Positions 10,101 to 20,600 of a stretch of 64,000 bases of DNA are shown here, one piece after another. The notes below the pieces were generated by a model. The model did not search any database. It worked only from the letters and a program-made list of their open reading frames with translations, and was not told the origin of the DNA. Source of the stretch: an uncultured Victivallales bacterium. Lineage in GTDB: Bacteria; Verrucomicrobiota; Kiritimatiellia; UBA8416; JAIOPI01. The DNA lies in the NCBI GenBank assembly GCA_964635825.1, contig CAZWQJ010000001.1:12404-76403 (forward strand), read 5' to 3'. A program made the translations under genes and the position numbers. The stretch's first letter is position 1. Each line of letters begins with the position of its first letter.

Positions 10101-10595
10101 GGCATTCGCCGGCGACGAGGCGCCGAACGAAAACCCCTGCCAGCCGGATGCCGCCGTGTAGGTGAATCCGTTGGTGCTCTGGCCCAGGTAGCGGCCCGCG
10201 CTGTCGTACCAGCGCATTCCCGCCACGACACCGCCGCCGCTGGGCTGATAGTGCATCCAGAACGAGAAGGTGCAGACGGTGCCGGGCTGAACCGGCGGCC
10301 GGGTCACCGGATCCGTTTCCAGCCAGAACGTGCCGCTGCTCACCGTCACACCGAACCCGTACGCCCCCGCCTGTGCGGGCGTCGACGGCCACCCCTCATT
10401 CTTGTTCGGGCTGGCGCCGGTCGGACTCGACCAGTAGCACTGCCACCCCGGAACAGAGTTCGTTCCCGGACCGGCGGGATAGCCGACACTGGTGTCGAAA
10501 CCGGGGTTGCTGTTATTCAGAAGGCTGACCGTCGCCGCGTGCGCGCCCACGCCGCACGCCAGCAAGATGCAAACCGCCCGTGTTGCTGTCTTCAT
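7143..10595 (-). CDS. Secreted 1150-aa multidomain carbohydrate esterase of the SASA/DUF303 (sialate-O-acetylesterase-like) family. It has CBM-like and PKD/Ig-like repeat modules and the FYR C-terminal module.
   Basis: Signal peptide MKTATRAVCILLACGVGAHA. SASA motifs ILIFAGQSNMEGHGT and FFWLQGESD. Repeated PKD-like modules (PPVVSAGASQ...WSQVSGPG...LRVTDG) and CBM-like blocks (MRWYDSAG, VRWYNGAG). Ends WPRRFYRLELR. Its ATG at 10593-10595 immediately follows the TGA of the upstream paralog in the same frame. Confidence 0.8.
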   Translation of the reverse strand: MKTATRAVCILLACGVGAHAATVSLLNNSNPGFDTSVGYPAGPGTNSVPGWQCYWSSPTGASPNKNEGWPSTPAQAGAYGFGVTVSSGTFWLETDPVTRPPVQPGTVCTFSFWMHYQPSGGGVVAGMRWYDSAGRYLGQSTNGFTYTAASGWQGFSFGASSPANADSVAAYFTFTRGYTEVDGFSITMADNSNGGAGGGLAPVVRAGHAQTVFRGDGARLAGSGFDYYYRPLTYAWSTVSGPGAVAYVPGNSPTASATFSAAGSHVLRLGVTAGAASASNDVAITVLDSTPNLLLTNPGFDASPGAYLDSSSGPTTDSSMAGWDVTFTYTSVSNSIYTAGGGNPPTYAGPLALFASALQPDPGQPSPTNTTSLETSPTRRAAVVAGRRYQFSFAESNPGSNVLAEVRWYNGAGALVRQDVMTPRVTQYYGSWQAFAFATNAPAGALWAAACFAMGQGYTGVDAFSLWGYRDGTNVPPVVSAGASQTIGLDTVTQLAGVAADADGDPIAVSWSQVSGPGMALFSDTNALTPWVAFSTNVTGTYVLRLRVTDGPGGHVVTSDVPITVRLFTGEKILIFAGQSNMEGHGTPNTASNLTAGQKAEIPNVYGFYSNASDTDGNIPSGPDPGGTPDPYGLYVYVNFPGYNQLTWATATTTNGARYEGGHWLPGYGQSKAGAALRGVPYAGGSWHPYAYWRQRYTGWTRVGPVDFNKSASFWYIGLNPGETWANATSFSSGEPVQEYGPEFMVAHVVHAANPTGIYNIVKYAPGGTDLADDWNPDNPSGCYNGMKQWVAEALKQKPGAEIAGFFWLQGESDAISSGAADYYANLTNLIARVRADFGVPNLPVVIAKISPGNPPDSRQNPADYPNFPNQVLWTNSNYGIYYTGSTNGISLVRDAQGAAAANDPQRVRTIDTADLPLLSHEWVTARTLNHALTKAPAVAGVRLNVITNQYYAPLHFDDAGIRTIGERMGQAWLALTTNTAINVAPVISAGADQVRIVTDVAHLAGSATDGDGDALVSAWSKLSGAGAVTFGNSNALASTVVFSLPGTYVLRLTVDDGHGNMPADDLQIIVLPAAPAIAAAATAPGGAFGMALPGPSGMVCDVYACTNLGFSIWNWIGLATQVPPGEGTYLYTDTNAVLWPRRFYRLELR

Positions 10596-13500
10596 TCACC
10601 GCTTCTGCAGTTTGTAGAACCGGCGCGGCCAGCTCACCGTGTTCGGATCCGTGAACGAGAACTCGCCCGAGGCCGGTGGCGATTGCGTCGCAACGCCGAC
10701 GTAGGTCCAGTTGGTCTGGGTGAGGTCCGGCAAGGCATAGACCTCATACATGGCGTTACTGGAGCCGGAGCCGCTGAATCCGAAGCTGAAACGCCCGCCC
10801 GCCAGCAGACTCGCGCTGTCGATCAGCGGCCGGGTATTGTCGTCGAGACTCAGCCATGCCTGCGCCATCCGCGTGCCAATGGCCTGAATGGCGTCATCGC
10901 CAAAATGCACTGGAGCCCAGTTCGCGTTTGTGACGACGTTGAAGTGAACCGCGTTGTTCCGGACGTCACCGTTCAAGTTGCGGTTGTGTGCGGAGGCCTG
11001 ATGCCACTCGAAGGTCAGCAACCGGAAGTCGTCGGCGTTCACCGTCATGACCCCCGGGATGGTGCTGGCGGCATCCAGCTGGGCCTTTCGGACCTTGTAG
11101 ATGCCGTTCGTGCCTCCGAACCACACGACGCCGTAGTTGCTGTTCGTCCAATACCGTACATCCGGACCTGGGTCTTGCGGGTTGCCGGGATGGATCTGGC
11201 CGATGACCACGGGGAGCGTGGGGACCGCGAAATCGGCGCGCACCCTCCCGATCAGGTTCGTCAGATCCTGGTAGTACCGGCTGCCGGACCCGCAGTCGGA
11301 CTCGCCCTGCAGCCAGAAGAAGCCGGCCAACTGGGCGCCCGGTCGTTCCGCCAGCGCGCACTCCACCCACTCGCTCATTCCCGCATAGCTCCCGCTCTGC
11401 CGATCCGGATTCCAGTTGCCGGCGAGGCTCGTGCCGCCCGGGGCATACTTCACGATCCAGAACTTCTCGTTCGGGCGGCTTCCATGCAGGGTCCACGCCG
11501 CCGTCAGTTCGGGCCCGTAGACCATGTTCGGCTCGCCCGAGGTGAATGTCCACGCATTCGCCCACGGTTCGCCGGGATTGAGACCGGCGGGCCAGTACAG
11601 TAGGTTCGTCGTCCCCTTGGCGATGGTGAAGGGTTTCCGCGTGGGGTCGGTGGGGCTGGTCCGGCTGTACCCCACCCAGTTGGTCTTGAAGAACGCATAG
11701 GGTTGATAGGTTCCGCCGGCCAGGTAGTAGCCGTTGGTGACGCCACCGTAGACGATGTTGGTTTTCATCGAGGCCCAGTGATAGAGGACACCGTCATCGT
11801 AGACACGATCACCTTTGGTTTCCGGCAACCCGCCAATCCAGTCCATCTCGTTGGCGTAGAATCCGTAGACGTTCGTGATCTCGTTGCGCAGATGCGCCGG
11901 CAGATTGGTGATCGTATTCGGCGTTCCGTGGCCTTCCATGTTCGACTGGCCGCAGAAGACCAACACCCGCTCGCCGGTCGGGTTGACGATGTGCACCTTG
12001 ACCTCGCGGGCGAGAACGTGACCGTGCTGGTCGTCCACCGTCAGGCGGAGCACATAGTCGCCTAACGCACCGAAGGACACCCCGGTGCGCAACGCGCCGG
12101 CATTCGCGAAGGTGACGGTGCCGGGCCCGCTGACCTTCGACCAGGCGATCAGCAGCACATCGAGGGGATCGCCGTCCGACGCCAGTCCCGCCAGCACGAT
12201 CGGAGCCCCCATCACACGCGTCATCTCGCCCCCGGCGTAGACCAGCGGAGGTTCATTGCCGGTGGACAGGGAAATCGAGAATGCATCCACCATGCCGAAG
12301 CCGCCCGTCGAGGGATAGTAGACCCCGGCCCATGCCGCATTCGCGGGCGAGACGAACTTGGCGGACGTCGGCGCGTAGTTCGGGTATCCGGCGCCCGTCG
12401 GCACAAACGAGCCGGAACTGATGTACACGCCCGCACTCGTGAACCAGCGGACTTCCGCCTCGCACCCATCGGGCACCGCCGACTGCTGCAGGGCCAGCTT
12501 GTAGACGGATCCCGGCGACGCAATCGGAGCGCGACAGTTGGGTGCGGTCTCGATGCTGACCACTCCACCCGCGTAGCAGTCCATGTACAGCCCATTGTTC
12601 CCGCCGTTGGATTGCAGGCCGACGTTGTTCCCGAGCTTCGGGTTGACCGTCGGAACCGTGAACGTCACCACCCAGCCCGGCATGGAGTAGTCCGTCTGTC
12701 CGGACGATTCGATGTAGATCGGCGCGTTCGTGGCCTCGAAGCCGCAGTTGTACCCCAGCAGATTCCCCAGCGGGTCCAGGTACCCGACATACACATCGCT
12801 GAACACGGAGTACGTTCCGTCCGATGCCGTCAGGCGCAACACATAGGTGCCGATCGTGCTGAGCGTCACGGCGGAGTTCAACGCGTTCGGATTCGCCAGG
12901 GTCGCGCTGCCGGGGCCATCAATGACGGACCAGGTGTACGTGAGCGCATCCCCATTGGGATCGGACACCGCCCCTGCCAGCGTCACCCGGTTGGTGAAGC
13001 CCGCGATCTGCGGGCCGGCATACACCACGGGCGGGTTGTTGGTCCGGATCGCGAAGTTGTCCAGTTCCACATAGCCGGCTACGTCTTTCGCCTGGCCGGA
13101 TGAGTACGAAATGTTCCCGACGGCGTAGTAGTAGGCGGAGGCGGTCGCGGCGCCGGGCGGAGAATACGCATTCAGGTAAAAGGGTTGGAAGTTCCCGCTC
13201 AGGGCATCGGCGTAGAACGAGTTGGTGCTCGCGCCGATCAAGGCGCCCCCGCTGTCATACCAGCGAATGCCTTCCACCTGGGTCTTCATCGCGTACTTCA
13301 TGGCGAAGGAGAGCGTGTAATACGTGTTGGGCGTGACGGGTGCGCGCGCGTCCGGGAGGGTTTCGAGCCACATCGTCCCGGTCGCGCTCAGGCCGAGGGC
13401 ATTGGTGCCGTCGGCCGGACTGGGATAAGCCGTCGCCGAGCCCGCACAGTAGGCGTTGTTGTTCGTGGGCGAATCGCCGTTCGGCTGCGTGAGAACCAGT

Positions 13501-14522
13501 TGCCAGCCGGGGATGGAACTGCTATCCGCAACCGGCCCCGCCACCCACAGGGAGCGCGGCACCGACTCGAACCCGGCGTTGTTTCCCAGCAGGTTTCCGG
13601 AGGTGCTGATGAAGACGTCGCTCGCCACCGTGTAGGTTCCATCCCGGACGGTCAGCCGCAACTGGTAGACCCCGATGGCGCTGAATCCCGTGGCCGTGGT
13701 GTTCAGCGCGCCGGGGCTCGCGAAGTTCACGGTGGCGGGGCCGCTCACCTGCGACCAGGCGTAGGTCAGGGTGTCGCCGTTGGGATCCGTCGCCGAACCC
13801 GCGAGCGAAATGGTGGCGCCCACCGGCTTCACCTGGGTGGCCCCCGCATTGACCACCGGCGGGTTGTTCGTACTCAGGCTGAAGTTGTCCAGTTCCACGT
13901 ACCCGGCCACGAATCGCCCCTGTCCCGACGACCAGGAGATATCGCCAATTCCGTTGTAGTAGGCCGAGGCCTTCGATGCGCCGGCCGGGGCCGTCGCCGT
14001 CACCACGTTGGTTTGCCAGCCCATGGTGGCGGCATACGCATTGGTGCTGCGCCCGACCAAGGTACCGGCGCCGTTGTACCAGCCGATGCCCGCCACCTGG
14101 CTGCGCAGGCCGTAGTTCAGGGCGAACTGCATCGTGTATACCCGGCCGGCGGAGATGGTCGGCCGCGACGCCGCCAGGGTCTCGAGCGACATGGCGCCGG
14201 TGGCGCTGATCCCGAGGGCATTGGTCCCTTCCGCCGCCGGGGTCGCGCGGTACACATTGTTGTTCGTCGGCGCGCTGCCCTGCGCCTGGGTGAAGACGAT
14301 CTGCCAGCCGGGGATGGAGCTGCTGTCGCTGACCGGCCCTGTCACCCACAGAGCGGACGTCACCGACTCAAACCCGGGATCATTCGCCAGCAGGTTCGCC
14401 CCATGCGCGGCGGACCCGACAACGAGCAGTGCCAGCCACGCCGGTCCCAGGCGCGTGCCGATGCGTGCAGCGCCGGAACCTTGTGCGAATCGGATACGTG
14501 ATCCCGTGCGAGCGGCGGGCAT
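10596..14522 (-). CDS. Secreted ~1300-aa SASA-family carbohydrate esterase, a tandem paralog of 7143..10595.
   Basis: Motifs VLVFCGQSNMEGHGT and FFWLQGESD. Same CBM-like and PKD-like modular N-terminus. Ends WPRRFYKLQKR. The ATG at 14522 is preceded by GGAGG at 7-nt spacing. The longest ORF extends to 14540 but lacks an SD. Confidence 0.8.
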   Translation of the reverse strand: MPAARTGSRIRFAQGSGAARIGTRLGPAWLALLVVGSAAHGANLLANDPGFESVTSALWVTGPVSDSSSIPGWQIVFTQAQGSAPTNNNVYRATPAAEGTNALGISATGAMSLETLAASRPTISAGRVYTMQFALNYGLRSQVAGIGWYNGAGTLVGRSTNAYAATMGWQTNVVTATAPAGASKASAYYNGIGDISWSSGQGRFVAGYVELDNFSLSTNNPPVVNAGATQVKPVGATISLAGSATDPNGDTLTYAWSQVSGPATVNFASPGALNTTATGFSAIGVYQLRLTVRDGTYTVASDVFISTSGNLLGNNAGFESVPRSLWVAGPVADSSSIPGWQLVLTQPNGDSPTNNNAYCAGSATAYPSPADGTNALGLSATGTMWLETLPDARAPVTPNTYYTLSFAMKYAMKTQVEGIRWYDSGGALIGASTNSFYADALSGNFQPFYLNAYSPPGAATASAYYYAVGNISYSSGQAKDVAGYVELDNFAIRTNNPPVVYAGPQIAGFTNRVTLAGAVSDPNGDALTYTWSVIDGPGSATLANPNALNSAVTLSTIGTYVLRLTASDGTYSVFSDVYVGYLDPLGNLLGYNCGFEATNAPIYIESSGQTDYSMPGWVVTFTVPTVNPKLGNNVGLQSNGGNNGLYMDCYAGGVVSIETAPNCRAPIASPGSVYKLALQQSAVPDGCEAEVRWFTSAGVYISSGSFVPTGAGYPNYAPTSAKFVSPANAAWAGVYYPSTGGFGMVDAFSISLSTGNEPPLVYAGGEMTRVMGAPIVLAGLASDGDPLDVLLIAWSKVSGPGTVTFANAGALRTGVSFGALGDYVLRLTVDDQHGHVLAREVKVHIVNPTGERVLVFCGQSNMEGHGTPNTITNLPAHLRNEITNVYGFYANEMDWIGGLPETKGDRVYDDGVLYHWASMKTNIVYGGVTNGYYLAGGTYQPYAFFKTNWVGYSRTSPTDPTRKPFTIAKGTTNLLYWPAGLNPGEPWANAWTFTSGEPNMVYGPELTAAWTLHGSRPNEKFWIVKYAPGGTSLAGNWNPDRQSGSYAGMSEWVECALAERPGAQLAGFFWLQGESDCGSGSRYYQDLTNLIGRVRADFAVPTLPVVIGQIHPGNPQDPGPDVRYWTNSNYGVVWFGGTNGIYKVRKAQLDAASTIPGVMTVNADDFRLLTFEWHQASAHNRNLNGDVRNNAVHFNVVTNANWAPVHFGDDAIQAIGTRMAQAWLSLDDNTRPLIDSASLLAGGRFSFGFSGSGSSNAMYEVYALPDLTQTNWTYVGVATQSPPASGEFSFTDPNTVSWPRRFYKLQKR

Positions 14523-14570
14523 GAACAACCTCCAAACCATCTGCCATTCATGCTAGCGCCGGCGGTGCAC

Positions 14571-14598
14571 ACCCGCAATCGTATCACTTTGGTATCAT
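14571..14598 (-). promoter_or_regulatory. Conserved upstream element, copy 1. Plus-strand sequence: acccgcaatcGTATCACTTTGGTATCAT.
   Basis: Lies 49-76 nt upstream of the SASA esterase gene start (14522), in the 14541-14629 intergenic region. Confidence 0.6.
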
Positions 14599-14629
14599 GC
14601 GCCGCAGACGCTCGGATCGCGGGCGCGCG

Positions 14630-17600
14630 TCACTGCAACCGTGCACTGCCGCGGAAGGCGCGTGGCCCCGGGCCATTGGTCACGAGAAGCAGGGGGAACC
14701 CGCTGGCGGGCACATTCGTCAAGCCTGGCAGGCCGCCCCAGCCGCCGGTGAGCAGGTTCGTGGTTTCCTCCAGACGGTAGAAGCGTGAGCGCCCTGCGTG
14801 GTACGTCGCGGTCGCAATGCGGGTGGGGAGCCGGATCCACGCCTGTTCATTAGACCATACCAGGTCGAGCCGGAGGAAGTCGGCCCCGTTCGTGGGATCG
14901 GTGCCGGCGGTGTACTCGGCCCCGTTGGCCAGACCGTCTCCATCCCAATCGTCGTTCGGATCCCCGGCCGGCGCGTTGGTGCTGCCGAAATAGGCGCGCT
15001 CCCAGTTGTCCGGCACCCCATCGCCATCGCCATCGTCAAGGGCAGGCACCCAGTCGGCCACGGTGCCGTACTGGGAGAAAGTGGCCGCATTCATCAGCAT
15101 GGCATACTCGGCCCGGCTCCAGGCGGCCGGGCGCACCACCGCGGAAAGCCTCAACTCATCGAGCCGGCCGGAGAAGGGGCTGCCCCCCCCCTGGCGGCGC
15201 CCCAGGACCGGCGCGAGTGCCGGGCGAAAGTCCGGCACATCGCCCAGTCGCCGGCGCGGGCCGTTGTCGACGCTCCCATACGCCACGCCGTTGCTGAGCA
15301 CGACCGTCACCAGTTGCCACCCATTGGTGCGGTAGGGGTCGATCGCCCAGTCGGCCGTGCCCAGGTTCGCCTGCCACTTGGCCACGCGTGGATTAATATT
15401 CATACTCACGTAGAAATTCATCCCCGTACTCTGCGCGCCGAACGGGGTGCCGCCGTATGTTTCCGCCGCCACGTTCGCCCAGAAGCTGAGGGTGAAGTGG
15501 TTGCGGGCTCCGACGTACCAGGCCAGCGGAACATGAGGATCGACGACGGCATTGGTGTCCGCGAACTGCAGTCCGCCCGCCACCAACCCCGCCGCCGCCA
15601 CCGCACCGGCGTTCGCCACCGCACCGTAGTAGCCCGAAGCATCGACCAGGTCCGGTTCCAGGTGCCAGACCCCGACGAAGTCATCCCGCCAGACTGAGCC
15701 ATCGGTGGTATAGGGCGGCGGCGAGGTGGCCGCCGGGTTTCCCCAGATCGCCCGCAGACAGGCGCCATTTGTGAGCAACGCCAGGCGCACCCAGAACTGC
15801 GAGAACCCATTCGTGTCCCAGCGTTGCGGCTCATAGACCAGCAGTCTTCCCGCATCATCCAGGAACCGCAGGCTGGCCCAACTGCCGCCGACGTCCGCGT
15901 ACGAGAAACCCGCCATGTTGGTACTCACCGACACCAGCACCGGGAACCCGGCAAGGTCGTCGGCCTCCGTGAATCCCGGCAGGCAGATCGACACCTGCCG
16001 GGTCCAGTTGGTGTACGCACTCGTCCGGAACGATCCCGTCGCCGGCGCCCAGGCCATCGGCGTCCCCCGGCGCGCAAAGGCGCGGTACCAGTAGGTCCAA
16101 TTCGGATTCAGCGGCCCCACCCTGGCGGAAAACACTCCCCCGCTTTGCGTGCCACACGTCTCCACATGCGCCCAGCGTTCGGCATTGGTGCCGCCATCTG
16201 CTTCACCCCAACACAGGCCCACATCGGCCACGCCGGCGCCCAGCAGGGTCCCGCGAAGCGTGGCCGCATCCGCGCTGAACTCCTCAACCGGCAGGTTGTC
16301 CACCGCCATGGCATCGATCCGCACCACGCCTGACGTGGCGACCCCGGACGCATCGCGCAGTTCCGCACGCAGCGCGAGCCGTGCCGGTGCTGTTAGCGCA
16401 ACCGAACAGGTGTAGGGCGCGGATGTGGCCGTGCCCAGGAGGTTGGAGCCGTCCAGGAAGGCAACCTGTTCCACCGGACCCGCCACCTGCGATTCATCCA
16501 GCCGCGCACGCAGGATCACCTCGGACGGCACGAAGTAAACCGCACCGGCACGGGGCTCGGACAGCGCCACCTTGGCGCCGGGCAGGCCCGGCGTGGGGAA
16601 AAGGGCCGCCAGCCAGTTGGCGGGGTCATTGCCGCTTTGTCCCGCCCACTGCCGTTGTAGCGACATGCCGGTACCATCCGCTTCCGCCGGCCAGGGATCG
16701 CGATCGAAGTAGAGGACCTCGTCCACGATGACCCAGGAGACGGCTTCGTTCTCCACGTCCGGCAACAGCGGGCGTTCGAGCGCCACGCGTTCCCCGTGGT
16801 TGCCGAGCTGCCCCTGCCAGGGGCCCAGAAGTCGGATCTGGCCGTTCGTGAGCCCGTGCTGCTGAAGGAACGCCCCGCAGGCCGCCGCGTCCGCCGCCGG
16901 GTCGAAACCCACCAGAACCAGCCGCTCCGCCGCCGCCATCACCAGGTTGCTCGGAAACGTGAACGTCACAGCCCCATCCAGCCGCCAGGGGCCCGCTTCC
17001 CCCATCAGAATCACCGCATTCGTTCGCGGGTTCAGCAGCTCGACGAATTCGTCCCGCGTATTATCGTCGGGTTTCGATACCGTGGGCGCAGGGTGGTACA
17101 TGAGCTCGTCGATGACGACATCCTGCAGCGGCAGCCCGTTGGCGCCGCCCGGCGTCCGAAGTTGCGCGTACCACCACGCCCCCCCATCGCCATGGCGCCC
17201 CAGCGAACACTCGTTCTCCTGCGCCTTGTAACGCACGCTGTCGGCCACGCGGTCCGCCGCGGTCCCGGGCAGGTGGGAGAGGTAGAGCGACTCCCCTCCC
17301 TTGTTCAGGCCGAAGCCGGCCGTGATCGGAGCGTGGAATCCGCTGACTTCATCGAACACGCGCCACTCGCCGCCATTCAACGCGGGCGCCGCGGGAAGGG
17401 CCCACTTCTTCAGGTTCGAGGCACTGTCGCTCAGGTACCAGTGCTCGAGGGACACGGGCGCCCCGCCCGCATGGTAGATCTCGATTTGATCGTTGGAATC
17501 GTATTCCGGATGCCCCGCATTCGTGTAGTCCGTGTGCGCGATGATCTCGTTGAGGACCACGTCGCGCGGGGGCGGCGGGTCGGGTTGGCCGGGAGATCCC

Positions 17601-20600
17601 CCGCGAAAGGCGCTCGCCCGCCAGTTGCCGCCGTAGTCCAGCCGGCCGTCGTCCTGGTGCGTCATGGCCAGCGGCACCAGCGAGTGCCCGGCCCCATCCA
17701 CGGACGCGGGCCAGCCACGCCCGTCGCCGTACGTGCAGTCGGCAACGACGGCCTCGTCGCCGCGGCTGACCAGGGTCAGTGAGTCGCCGGCGTTGGCCAG
17801 CGCGCCCGTGTAGACCCCGGCCACCAGCGCGGCGGCCCCGCCGTAGCGGTTGGTGAAGGCGGAGAGGCTGCGCACGAGCACGGCATAGCCATCCGGCGGC
17901 AGCACGGGTGTCGCGGATTCCCGGAAATCGAAGCTGATGCCGCCCATCAGCAGCAACCCGCTGAGGCTCGCGGCGGAGGCGCCGCCGTTGTGGAGCTCCA
18001 GGAATTCCGAGTCGCCGTCGGCCGGGGCGTACATGACCTCGCTGATCGAAAGCGCGCCACCATACGCATTGGTGTACCCAACATAGGTGACGGCATCCAC
18101 CACGACGCCCGCGCGGTTGCGTAATTCAAGCGCCTCGCCGCGCGGCGAAAGGCGTCCCTTGAAGTTGCCCTGCACATAGCGGTTCTCATTCGTGGTGGGA
18201 CTGACCGCACGGCGGCGAAATTCCCGCACCGATGGCGACACGAAGAGGCTCTGGCCGGGAGCCAGCACCGTGCCCGCGTAGAACGTGTGCGACACCCCGC
18301 CGCCCAGCGTCCACCCCGAAATGTCCAGGTCGTACGCATTCGTGTTGATCACTTCGACATACTGCTGATCCTCCGCGCCATTCCCCGGCAGGAACTCGAT
18401 GGCGCCGAAGCGCAGCCGCGCATCGGGCGGCTGGCTGTCGGGAATCTCGCCCCCATTCGCCACACTCAGCGTGGTGCCCAAGTAGTTCCGACGCCCCGGA
18501 AGGTACTGGTCGACGATCCGCACCACGCCCTGGCGCATCGTGTCCCCGTTTCCCCAGGTGCCCCACTTGGCCCGGTCGAGATCGGCATCCGAAATCCCGG
18601 GGTCCGGATCGATCTGCTCCGCCAGCGCCGCCAACCGGGGCTCGAAGTACAGGGCATTGGTGGGCGAGCCGGCCGGCTTCAGGTACTCATCCACCAGCGT
18701 GCGCACCCGCCGCATCACCATCGCCCGCAGCTCGGGATGCTGGTAGACCACCTGGTAGTAGGGGTTGTTCGCAGTTGCGTAGATGATGCTGCTCGCCGTG
18801 TAGATCGTATCGTCGAAGTAGCCGCCGGTCCAGACGTGCCCATACGTCAGGTCCACGTCCTGCGGCAGGATGGTCCAGATGCCGCCCCCATCCGTATCGC
18901 AGTAGAGGTAGTAATTCTTATGACCGTGGTCGGTGTTGTTCACGATCGCCTGCATGGCCAGGTAATGGACCGTGCGGGGCAACTCCGTGTGGTCGTACGC
19001 ATAGCGCATGGCGGCGGCACCGGCGGGATTCGACAGGCCGGCGATCAGGGCCTGCAGGTCGCTGTTGGCTTCATCCCGGCGGGTCTTCTTCTCCACGCCC
19101 ACCATTGCGGACGTCAGGCCGTTGTACAGCTTGTAGAGCGCCCCATCGGGGTCCAGCCCCACGCGGTCCAGGAACACGTCATCCGCGTCCTCCACCATGT
19201 CGGCCACGCTGAAGAAGGCCCCGTTCTGCTGGACCCGCACGGGAAACCCGAAATGCGCGGGGTGCCCCGAGTCCGCAAAGAAGCCGTAGGCCAGCGTGTT
19301 GCGGCACTTCGACTTGTCGGCCCAGTTGGTCAGCAGATCGATGTCCTTGGCGGGCTTGGCTCCTTCCCGGTACGCAAACCGTGCGCCTCGGTTGAAGTCG
19401 AAGTTGTAGCTGCCCTTGATGAAACCCAGCGTGCTTTGCCCGTGCTGGGTCACCTGCACGTTGTCGTAGAAGCGGTCCAGGAACCAGACACTGCAGCGGG
19501 TGCCCAGCGCGGTGTCGGCCGACGACGGGCTCTGAATGAACCAGTGAACCACCGGCAGCCGCGACACGATCGCCGTATCCAGCGCCACCGTCCCGCAGTA
19601 CTGCGGCGAATCGAACGGATCGAGATACGCCGGCAACCGCGTGGACTGGCCATGGCTGTCCACCGCCTCGAAGCGCCAGCGCAGCATCTGACCCGCAGCC
19701 ACGTTCGTCGTCGCCAGCGTTCCGGAGTAGACCCCGTCCCCGCCCGCCGCGTCGCCGTCCACCCCGCTGTCATTCAGGTTCAAAATCGTCTCTCCATCGA
19801 ACATCCGGCGCGAGCAGAGGCGTACGGCGCTCACCGGGTACAGCGTGGCCTCGACGCGCGCGGTCACCACAAGAGACGCGCCCGGCACAAAGGCGGGCGC
19901 ATAGTCTGTCACCGCCCGCAGGCCGGGACCGAGGACGGGAAGTCCGCCGCCATTGATCGATGCGGGTGTGGGTGTGGTGAGGTACGCGGGGGCAAAGGCG
20001 GGCGGATTGGTGCCGACATCGCCCGCCAGCACCGGCGCCATCAGAAGGTCCATGCTGTGCGGCGACACATTCAGGACCTGGATGGCCAGGATGTTGGTTC
20101 CCACCACCAACGGTCCGGAGGGGTTGGCAACCGGGAATATCTCCCATGCAGTCGCGGCGTGCGGTGCGGTCGCGTACGAGTCCCACGCGGGCGTGGTCGG
20201 CGCATTCGTGCGGGCCACCTCCGAGCCATTGATCCAGGCCACGAAGCCGTCGTTGTAGCGCGCCTGAACCTGGAGCGCGCTCACGCCGGACACGGCGTTG
20301 AGCACGAACGGCTGCCGCAGGTAGAGACTGGGCCCGGCCATCTGCGCGCTCACGTCGGTCGCAATGAACGGCTGCGCGTTGGTGGTGGAGTCGAACCCCA
20401 GCCCCGTCGCACCGGCCGACCAACCGCTGTCGTCGAATTCGGGCAGCCGCCAGGAGGTCCCCAGCGCGTCATCCGCGGGCGAGTGGTATCGCGCCGCGGC
20501 CCCCGCGGCGATCACCGGCTCGATGACCGGGTTCAGCACCAGCCCGTAGGCGATGTCCTCCGCCTGGGGGAGATAGGTCGGTGCATACCGCGTGGCGACC

